Source: Bilabrum cf. latius
Lineage: Eukaryota
Length of the DNA stretch: 64,000 nt
Assembly (NCBI GenBank): GCA_965178125.1
Contig: OZ237741.1
Span: 1,054,001-1,118,000, forward strand
Reading direction: 5' to 3'
Position 1 is the first letter of the stretch. Each line of letters opens with the position of its first letter. The notes under the pieces were generated by a model. That model searched no databases and was not told the DNA's origin. It saw only the letters and a program-made list of their open reading frames with translations. Both the position numbers and the translations under genes were made by a program. Positions 52,523 through 62,200 of the stretch are shown one piece after another.

Positions 52523-55500
52523 ATGTGAGAGTATGCTACTTCCATGCCCTTCCACAAGCGATTGGGCGACAGGGACGTCTGCAAGAATTATGGGACAGCC
52601 TCTATGTTTAATGTGCAGGGAAGGCGCCTTGCTGCGCCAATCTGGCGCGGGAAATCTGCAAGCTCTGGAGAATATACTGGACAGGGGGGCCGACCCGAAT
52701 TGCTAGGACGCTGTGAGACTTTTCATTCCGTAATTGGGTGCTTTAGCGATAAATGCTGTGCAGGAATGTTTTCCCGTCGAACTTCATCGCACAACTCGCA
52801 GAAAACTGGCTACACGCCGCTGCACCAGAGCGCAAAATTTGGCCATTCTGAGTGCTGCCGTTTGCTGCTTGATAGAGGAGCGAATATTGCATTCCGCACC
52901 GTAAGAGTTGGTTCAGACTTGTGCCCACGCCTGCCATACTTCGCAGGGATTGCTGTTCAAGAGCTGTGATATCCCGTTCTTGACCTCGCAGAAGTTGTTG
53001 TAGCTCTCTGCGCTGCATCTCGCGGCTAGTACTGGCCAAGTAGATTGCATACGCGTACTTGTATCATCAGGGGCACACACAGATGCAGCAGATGCAGTGA
53101 GATATTTTGCAGTCTAGCAGTGGTTCAAATCGCGATTCGGTGAGACAACTGCGTGATCTGTTTCATCTCTATCCGCGCAGAATGGCGATACTCCATTGCA
53201 CATCGCGTGCTGGCGGAATAAGCATGCCAGTATAGTCGAGCTAGTGCGGCTTGGTGCAAACGTATCGGCAACGAATAAGGTATGGCAACGACAGCCAAGC
53301 AATACATAAAAAGGTCGAACCTCGCCAGTTTACCAGTTTCCCGCTCTGGTTTGTTCGTTAAATCATGATCATGCTTCGTAGGAAGGCAAGACAGCACCAG
53401 AAGTAGCTGATGGTCATGGGCACGCTGAGGCTGCTGCGCTGTGCAGGGTCGATCGAAGCGCAGCAAGTGCCGCAAGTGGACCAATTCGGCGTGCACCCGC
53501 AGCAGCCACCGGCGCCGGTCCCGAGCAGCCATCTGCTCGCACCCCTCCTCCACCACGTGGTCCCCGACCAGATCATATAACGCCTGTCACGCCAGCATCA
53601 GGTCAAACGGCGTCAGCGGGGCCTCAACAGGCGAGCACCATCCGGCCGTCGCCAGCTCCGCCACTGCCACCCTCGATGCCTCGCCAGTGTGCTAGGCCTC
53701 CGCCCATTCATGCTGAACTATCTCGCGCATAGCAAGAGCTGAGAGTTCAATCTGCAAGAGTCCATGCATTGCAGGGACAGCTGAGGACGATGGATGTCGA
53801 GATGGCCGCCAAGGAGGCCCAGGCCAAGCAGCAGCTGGAGGACGCAGCGCAGCGACTGCAGGCCAAGGAGGAGGAGATGGCCGCCAAGGAGGCCCAGGCC
53901 GAGCAGCAGCTGGAGGACGCAGCGCAGAGACTGCAGGCCAAGGAGGAAGAGATGGCAGCAACACAGGGTGCATATGACACAGTGCGCCGGGCAAGCGAAT
54001 AGCTCACCGAGCAAATGATCGAGCTTGGAGACGAGAATCGGCGACTCCGCAAGTTGGTGCCAAGTACTCTGCTCGAGCGTGCGTGCGCGAAACTGTGCAA
54101 GGATTGGCAGTCTGGTCAATCACCCATGCACCCGGGTTTGGCACAACTGGAGGATGGTTCCATCACATCCACTGCAAGGGAGCCGCTCGAGATGGTGCTT
54201 GCATGGAGACATATCGTGCAACGCTTCGGAAGTCAGCTGCTTCGACAAGTAGGCACGCTTGCGCTCAAGTCGCAGGAGGTAGCCATGGGCATAGTGTCTA
54301 AACAATGCGAGCAGCACAACGAGTACATCCACGTTATTGAGTGGAAGGAGCTCCCACAAAAGGACTGGTTCGCTGGGCAGAGGGGACTGCTGCAGTACAC
54401 CGAATCGGGTGGGGAAGCTGGCGGGCGAGGCGCATCAGTGCTTGACCTCTCGTCTGTGCAGCCACCGGAAGCGCTAGAGAGGGGGCTTGCTGACGGGCGA
54501 CTAGACATCGTGTGTACTGCTGCCAATCCGCGCATCGCTGGCGCAGTGGCTAGATTTGAGCCACGGTAGCGTCCGAACGACAGAAGCCTGCTGGAGATCG
54601 AAAAGGGCCGAATCCCGCCGTTGAACATCAAGACAGGAAAGGAAGGCGCCGTGCAAGGCGTAAATGGCTTTGTATTTGCTGCAGAAATGGCAGTAGATGG
54701 GGACGATGAGGCAGCCGTGCTGCTCAATGACAAGCCACTGCAACTGGCGCTGAAGGCCATCCTCCCAATGCGCCGGGCCAACCAGTACCAGATAGACTTT
54801 ACGAAGGACCATCGTTCGGAGTGGATAGGCCCGACCCTGGCTAGCAAACACCCTAACCTTGTGCCGCTGCAATCATGGTTCATCGGTTCGTCCATGCTCA
54901 TCGTGCCATGGATAGGGGCGCCTTTTCTGGAGAGTGGCGTCGGTGTGCGACGGACCACGTGGATAGCCATGCCTCGGTATGCGGACAGTCTCAAGTCTGC
55001 GGTTGAGGCGGTACCATGCACAGGGCCCAGGGAGGCTGCACTGTGGTTGCTGTAGGCACTTGAAGCGACTCAGCACATGGTGTAGCGCGGGCTGGCTCAC
55101 AACGATGTGAAGCCAGACAACTTCTTCCTAGCAGGCGACGGCCGTCTCCTGCTAGGTGACTTCGGGTGTAGCGGTTGTCTATTCAGCGGTGGTGTGCTGG
55201 ACGGTCTGATGCAACGGTACGGCAGGACCATACGTGATGCCCGTCTGCTGGAAGATGCGCGAGACGATGGTTCAGGTCCAGCAGTAGGAGCCTCAGCTGC
55301 TGCAGACGCTGTGCCAACCTCGACTAGCCGTACAGAGGCAGAGGTATTCAGGGGATCTGGACCGGGGTCCAAGCACATCGCGTGGAGTTCGTCTGGGATG
55401 GAGACGCTCATGCCACCGGGCGGCGCACCGGTTGCGAAGGCACCCGAGCTGTTCGCCATGTCGCAAGGGACGCTACAGACCGACGCGAGGGGAGATCGAC

Positions 55501-56312
55501 TCGAAACCATGGCTCAGGCCTACGAGATGGCGGACGCGTGGGCGGCAGCGCGAACCATCTGGGAGGTTGTAAGCGGAGATGATCCAGCGAGGCAGGTCCC
55601 TGACAATTCCATGCTGTACGACAGAGTTCCTCGACTGCCACAGGCTGGGTGGGAGCTGGAAGCCATCCTGAGAGGGCTGCTGCAGTCCAGGCCCTCGAAC
55701 AGACTCCCCCCTGCGGTTGCCATACAGGCGCTCAGGGCGCTTCTGTACGGCCCCGACAATTGGCCAGAGATAGAACAAGCGGCCGTACAGCACAGGAGGC
55801 GGATGGAGTCCCGTGTACCGCCGAGCGGCCGGCCGGGTGCAGGTGCAGCACACCCGGAAGCTGGCCCAGCACCTGGTGCTGGGTCAACGCATGGCGCGTC
55901 GGTTGGGACACGCGGTGCAGTAGGTGCATCCGCTGCTGCTGCAAGTGGGGGCGCTAATGAGGCGGAATCTGCGGCTGAACTGCACTGTGAGTCGTCGTTG
56001 CTCCCTTACGTTGAGATGCAGCTGTGCGAGTGCGCGACCGCGGACAGCAAGACAGGTGTTGAGGCAGCCACTGCATCGCTCAGCTTTGGCTTGGTAGGCC
56101 CAGCAGCGCGTGTGCGGCTACCTGCAGGCAGCTGCGCGTATGAGCAGTTCTAGTGGGGCCGGCGACGGACTGTCCGGGGGGAAGCAAGCATGTGGGATCG
56201 GCAGGTCCGTAGGCAGTTGCTCACGCGTGGACGGTCCGCCTCGGAGGCGGCTGTGCAGTTAGAGGCCGACTGCGCTGCACTGGTGCGAGCAACGAGGGAG
56301 TATGCTGAATGA
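52523..56312 (+). CDS. Ankyrin-repeat, coiled-coil, PINK1-like protein kinase
   Basis: Exons ~52619-52712, 52802-52900, 52992-53096, 53181-53279 and 53382-56312. Ankyrin motifs GADPNC*D, GYTPLH, SALHLAA and GDTPLHIAC. Kinase motifs LALK, HPNLV, LL*ALEATQHMV*RGLAHNDVKPDN, DFGC, APE and YEMADAWA. TGA at 56310-56312. The start is uncertain (52523 split ATG, or 52533/52590/52611). Confidence 0.82.
53799..53958 (+). repeat. Tandem 75-bp duplication encoding coiled-coil unit EMAAKEAQA(K/E)QQLEDAAQRLQAKEE
   Basis: Two near-identical copies plus the start of a third. Confidence 0.9.
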
Positions 56313-56377
56313 GTTCACCATAGTGTATGTTTCTCCCTCTCTACCTGTCTAGAAATGCTGCGCCCATTGTTCGGTTA

Positions 56378-56486
56378 TGCGTCCCCCTCCCGTGCCCAAG
56401 CGTGGGGGGGGGGCGGGGGGATCCTACGCTTGGGCACATGGTCAATACCCCAAGCGTAGGGTGCCCAAGCGTGGGAGGGGGACGCA
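56378..56486. repeat. 109-bp intergenic element with 14-bp perfect terminal inverted repeats and four internal CCCAAGCGT motifs (MITE-like)
   Basis: TGCGTCCCCCTCCC (56378-56391) and GGGAGGGGGACGCA (56473-56486). Internal copies lie near 56392, 56423 (inverted), 56448 and 56461. No target-site duplication seen. Confidence 0.6.
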
Positions 56487-56596
56487 GTGCTTCAAGTTGA
56501 CCCTACTTAGTAAATCAGATTTCAGATTTCGCAAAAGATTCAATTTCAGAGTTCTTTGGCGTCATTGCTAATGTAGAGATCATAAACAATAGGCCA

Positions 56597-58357
56597 ATGT
56601 CGTCGTTGATCCATGTCAAGCTGCCATCGGGTGACAGCTTTGATATGAAGTTAGAGCCGGAGTGCACAGTCGGAGATGTCCAGAAAATGGCTGCCACTGC
56701 TGAGGGTCTGCCGGAATGGTTTTCACAGCATTTGCTTCTGTATAACGAACATAATGCACTGGAATTGTCTGAATGGCCAGACAGCTTCCTCCGAGAGCAT
56801 GTGTTGGGCGATCGACCTTGCGTGGCCGTCATCGCTCCAGAGTTTATTGCCAGATCAAACAAGCATTCCTTGGCCTCAGCAGTGCACGCGAGCAGTGCTA
56901 AGCATAGTGAGCGCATTCGACGCAATACTGCCAGATCCTCTTAGTACAGTTCCGAAGAGCTTGAGCTGTCAGCAAGAGCTGCCATGTAGATGGGGAATGC
57001 AATTCATGGTGCCGTTGAGAACGCCTTGGAACGCATGCATGGCGGAGTGCCGCCGGAGGACGCAGCGAAAAAGCTTGGAGCAATTATCAAAGCGCAGGCA
57101 GGCGTTCTTCACGAATTTGAACAGGGCAGCATCGCCGAGCTAAGGAGCCGCTTCGCTGCGATCGTCTCTGAGACGAATAGAGTTGATTGCGAGGCGGAGC
57201 GGCAGCTCCCACGCGAGCCTGGCGAGACTCTTAAACGCTCCCTTTCAGAATGGCACCGCCGGGAAGCATCGGTGCGGCTGTATTTGTCTGCATATGCAGC
57301 TTGGCAGCGCTGTCTGGTGGAGCTTGATGCCGCCGCGAACCCGGCTTTTTCCAGGTCGAACGAGACCGCGGGGTATGCCAGGGTTCGCGCCGGCGATTTA
57401 TTCCCCGATTTTGGCGCGCTGCTAGGATTGCGATTTGGAGGACAGTCGTCTAGTCACTCGGCTGCCGTCTGCGAGGCCGAGAACGGGGGTGTGCTAGGGA
57501 GTGCGACAGATTCGTTCGAGTCTTTCAGGTTTCAACGCGAAGAGATGCAACTCAATGGCAGCAGCAGCAGCAGCAGCAACCCCGGCTGCCGTTCCACCCT
57601 CCTAGTCCTGTCGCGCCACTTCGGGTGACGCCCGTGACGGCAGCACGTGGCCGCCCTCCACTCTCGCAGGGTGGAGCTGAGCGGCGCGGGCTGCCGCGTC
57701 ATCGTGGGAAGCTTCTGTCCCGACCTCGCCCTGGCCGCACAGTGGTCTCGGGAGGTCGGTGCCCTCGAATTCGAGCACGTCATCAGCCCAGCAACGGAAT
57801 CGATGAGTCCAGAAACCTCTACAGGTGAAGCAGACGGTTCGGGAGCTTCGGGTGCTGGTGCCACAGAGGCTGCCATTGGTGGAGCTGGAGACAGCTCTTC
57901 GCCGTCTCACTCATCCGCCTCTCCGGCAGCATTAGGTACCGCGCGGCCCACCGGAAAGGCTGGGGCCCTGTACACGTGCCTGGGTTTGCGTCGGTCCGTG
58001 GCAGGCGTGTGGCAGCCATCAGCTCTGGAGATGTACGGCGACGTAGCCGGGCGTGGGGAGGAGCTCCACTCATCACACGGCCAGGATCCGCATCAGCTCG
58101 GGGGCGATTTCCTGGTCGGGCCGGACGGCCGGCTCGTGCTTGCCTACTATTCGCAGGACTCGATGGACCGTCCCTCCGTCGATTCGCTGCTAGCGGCCGC
58201 CAGATCAGTCTGCAAGGCACTCGATGAGGACAAATCTGAGCTTGAGGTGTCGTTAGCTCCCGCAGATCGCCCTGCTGAGGTTGCTGCAGCGAGCAGCGCG
58301 TTCCGAGTGCTCCCAGTGGGTGATGAGGCTGCTTCGACTGAGGAGGTCGCGAAGTAA
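56597..58357 (+). CDS. SELENOL: 586-aa selenoprotein L-like thioredoxin-fold (AhpC/TSA-like) protein with UxxU motif and an N-terminal ubiquitin-like-looking extension
   Basis: One frame with TAG at 56942 and 56987, and TGA at 57626 and 57635 in LLVLSRHFG-U-RP-U-RQHVAAL. It continues through LY..LGL and QLGGDFLVGPDGRLVLAYYSQDSMDRPSV to TAA 58355-58357. A SECIS follows downstream. Confidence 0.9.
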
Positions 58358-58430
58358 GCATCGAAGGCGCAACACTGTACAGGAGTGGCCCGCCGCGGGG
58401 CGCGGCAGGACCACCAGTTTTGAAAAGAAT

Positions 58431-58542
58431 GCTTCAATCCTAGAAGCAGCAGCAACCCAGTGATGGACTAATGCTAAACCGGCACCAAAGTCGGCGTACT
58501 AGTCCTGAGGAATTTCAGCTGCTGGCTTCTGGATCCTGAAGC
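58431..58542 (+). promoter_or_regulatory. Eukaryotic SECIS element (type II, GUGA/GA core) in the 3' UTR of the SelL gene
   Basis: Core GTGAT 58460-58464 and TGAG 58506-58509. Helix II is GGACTA..ATGC / GCGT..TAGTCC, with unpaired AAA at 58476-58478 and an apical mini-stem CCGGC/GTCGG. Helix I is GCTTCA.ATCC.AGAAGC.AGCAGC / GCTGCT.GCTTCT.GGAT.TGAAGC. Confidence 0.9.
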
Positions 58543-58586
58543 TACAATGTGCAGCTTCAACGCTATAGTGTACAAATATTGACCTC

Positions 58587-59105
58587 TTAAGTCTAAGATG
58601 CAGCCTCATCGGGGTCATGCATCCATACATATGCGCCATTAGATGCTGTAGTTTTCACGGTCCCGTCGGAGGACGGAGGTATAAGCCCCGACGTTCTCAA
58701 AGAGTCATCCCGAGCCAGCACTTTGCCTTCTTTATCAACTCCATGGGGCATCTTTTCAGCCAGGAAGCTCATCATGCTGGATGCTCTCGAGACTCGGCTT
58801 GCAAGAGCTTGCTGGTCGCTTTCTGTTGCTTTAGCAATCCGCTTGTCCGAGTCAAGCTTCACGTTGCTCCAATACCGGTTCATAGCCTATCTATAGCACG
58901 CCTCAGCCATGTTCAATTGACCTCTGAGGAAAAATTGCTTGCCGGCGTTTGCGAACGAAGCCGCGGTGGGCCCTTGTTGGGCAGCCTCTTCGTCGAAATC
59001 GATCGATGGACACTCAGATACCCCTGGGGCTAGCACACCTTGCTATGCGAAAGAAAATGATATAATCATGCAGAGCGTGCATACAGGAAGCCAAAGTATT
59101 CGCAT
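58587..59105 (-). CDS. 172-aa secreted hypothetical protein with a single TPR-like motif
   Basis: Signal-like MRILWLPVCTLCMIISFSFA*QG and TPR-like SFANAGKQFFLRGQLNMAEACYR*AM. Three TAGs; ends TAG ACT TAA. Confidence 0.65.
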
Positions 59106-59277
59106 GGAGTGACCAAGAGGCGGCCGAAGGAATGATGAAGCCGGTGTGTCCCCGCTAGCGGCGCCGCGCACGCGGTGGCGCAGCACGAGCTGGTTGATAT
59201 GCTTTGCCAGATGGGTGTGTACGGTTGAGATGTGATAAGCAAATACTGCTACAACAGCTAAAATAGTCTCAGAGCAC

Positions 59278-62200
59278 TCAATGCTAGTGGCCGCATTCAG
59301 TGCAATGTGCAGCCCCTGATACTCGCCGCACTGTGCACTCTCCACACCTCCCCTCCGGATCAGTGGAGAACACAGCAAGGCCTTGCTGCTGCCATTTCAA
59401 TATCTACGACCGAAGCCGCTGCGACAGGCAATAACCGCACTGGGAGCAGAAAAAGACCAGGTGCGGCTGCCGCTCGTGACACGCAGGGCATTTAGTTCGC
59501 TGCGGTTGCGGCCGAGCTTGTGGTTGCGCAGGCTGTGCCGTTCCAGACACATTCCCGGTGCTCCCTGCACTGGCAGTAGACTAAGTGGCGGCTGCTCCTG
59601 CAGCAAGGCCCCCCACTGCGCCTGAAGAGTTCGGTGCCTTTGCTGCTGCTGAGCTGGCTTCAGGCATTGATGCGGCTGCAAGTGGCGCCTATGCCGGTGC
59701 CAGAGCCGGTGCTGGTGCAGATGCAGGTGCAGGTGCAGGTGCAGGTGCAGGTGCAGGTGCAGGTGCAGGTGCAGGTGCTGGTGCTGGTGCAGGTGCAGGT
59801 GCAGGTGCAGGTGCAGGTGCAGGTGCAGGTGCAGGTGCAGGTGCAGGTGCAGGTGCAGGTGCAGGTGCAGGTGCAGGTGCAGGTGCAGGTGCAGGTGCAG
59901 GTGCAGGTGCAGGTGCAGGTGCAGGTGCAGGTGCAGGTGCAGGTGCAGGTGCAGGTGCAGGTGCAGGTGCAGGTGCAGGTGCAGGTGCAGGTGCAGGTGC
60001 AGGTGCAGGTGCAGGTGCAGGTGCAGGTGCAGGTGCAGGGGCTGGAGCAGGGGCAGGGGCTGGAGCATCAGGTGTTCGTACAGCCGTCGCAAACTCAGTC
60101 CAGATGCGATCCGGGTCGTGCCATGGCTCCAGCGCCATATCATCATCGTCGCCATCTTCGACACCACCATTGCCGACATTTGCACCACCAGCTTGCTTTA
60201 CATCTGCATGAGCAGAGTTTAATGATACACCTGATTTTGGAGTGTCTGCGTCAGATGGAGCAGGCCTGCTAACGCTGGCAGCCTGGTCTGTGGCTCCAGC
60301 CCCAAGTCCGACCGATAGCTGCATGTGAACCCCAGCGGTCAGATGCCTCTTGTGCAGCCCGAAGCCCACCGTTTGCAAGGCTTTGAATGGATCCCGACCA
60401 GCCTACTGCGCGTCACGGCACTTCTTCAGTGCCTTGTGGAGGGGCACAGCTACGGGAATAGGTGTGGGCCAGAACTTCGGGGCTGCTTCGCTGAGGCTGT
60501 CCTCATTGGCGTGCTTTCGTGCCTTCAGGCCCAGCTGCCTTAGGACGACGGAGCTGAGCTGTTGCTGCCGCTGCTGCTCCTTGTCCTGCGTACTGATGCC
60601 GTTGTTCCCGTTAGGGAGCTCTAGCCCGAGATTAGACCGGTTTGAAATGACGGCGTGCACTGCGTTTGGGTCTGCCACTGGCGATGCTGCTTTCGACTCA
60701 CCACCGGCCTGCGAGGTCTGCGCAGTAGCTGTGGCACCTGACACCAGCTAGAGCCCTGCCTGCAGCAGCCGCTGTGGCAGCACCACGAAACGCTCCAGCG
60801 GGGGCGGCACCTTGACCTCAACGCGAAGCGACCACGGCCTGGCGCCGCTCGTGCCCGCGTTGGGCTGCAGCAGGCTCACGGCCGGGACTGGCAGTTGTGG
60901 TGGCTCCATAGGCGCATTGGCAGCTTCGTGCTCGCACCCGGGCTGGCCCAGCGTGTAGAGAGGGCCGTACCATGAGCTCCAGAGGCTCAGATTCTCGCTG
61001 CTATCGGGCACTTGGGCCGGCGCGCTACCTAGCTGAGATACGGCAGCAAACTGCACAGAGTACCCGACCCCCGGTGACAGGCGACTGACGCGAAGCAGGG
61101 CAAGGACATCAGCAGCATCCAATGGACCCGAATGCTCCCTTGTCCCTGACTGGTCCGAACCAGCTCCTGAGCTTGGCCCTTTGACAGGACCCGATTCCCG
61201 CGCCTAAGTACCAACGCAGGTAATTGTACCTTCAAGTCCCGACGATGCCTTCATCGCGCTCAGTGCGAGGCTACAGCTGCGGCAGGCGTCAGCCAGCGTT
61301 GGAGTCCGAATGGTGGTTGAACCGATCCGAGCCGGTTCCCCCGCACGCCTGTGACGGCCCCACTCGACTACCACACCCGCAGGCAGCAAGAACAGATCGG
61401 CATCCCCGTTTCTAGCAGAAGGCGTCGATACGGCTGGCTCGGACTCGGATGCTCCCACCTCCTCTGAAGCATTACCGCTGTCGTCTTGGCGAAAGTTACC
61501 CTCCCGCATCTCATTTGATAGTTTCTGAAGGGCAGCCGATACTAGGTCTTCGGACAGACACGGTAGCAGCGGAAGGCCAATGGCCAGCTCGCGAACTCCC
61601 CTCCCGACCGCAACTAAACCCTATGCCTGGCTCGTCTGTCTCATCTTTGGCACACGAATCCTACCGTACCGCTCCGGCAGCCACCTTGAATGCCCCACAG
61701 CGTTGCAGAGACGAGCGGTCACTACCAGGCCTGGAGTGGTGGCTGGAACCCGCTCTAGCCAGCATTCGACGACGGACCCGTCCGGTTCCTGTTCAGCGCT
61801 GCCTATATCCATTTCTAGTTCGCTCCATTCGGAGCCAAATGTTGGCTGAGGTTCAGAGTCTCCATTGGGCTTCGTGTCGTCGGCGGAGCCACCGCTGCCA
61901 TGCGCCTCCCGCGCCTCCCAGCCGTCCACTTCTTCCTGCTGAGCAGCGCGCCAGCGCACCTCCATGCTGCGTAGTGGTGCGGCATGGTGCGCCCTGTCTC
62001 GATGAGGCAGCTGGATGGTAACCGGCCAGCTAGTAAAACCGCCGGATGCTGCCCCATCGCCGGCGCTGGGGCGGGTCCGAAGCTTGGAATGAAGCGCAAG
62101 CGATCGACGCGCGGCATCCCGAGGCACGGCCAGGGCACCGTCCTGGCCAATTACGCCCGCGAGTCCGAGCGCCAGCAGGTCAGTCGCATTCATTTGCGTC

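Noticed and set aside
52901-53180. Single 280-nt intron
   Set aside because: It contains an additional TAG-containing ankyrin exon (52992-53096) with good splice sites.
57626-57637. General TGA reassignment to Cys or Trp
   Set aside because: TGA terminates ten other genes. Internal TGAs occur only at this redox motif, which has a downstream SECIS.
59708-60066. Telomeric repeat, or poly-(GA)/(VQ)/(HL) proteins in other frames
   Set aside because: The run is internal to, and in frame with, the FN3 gene as (AP)n; the other frames are shadows.
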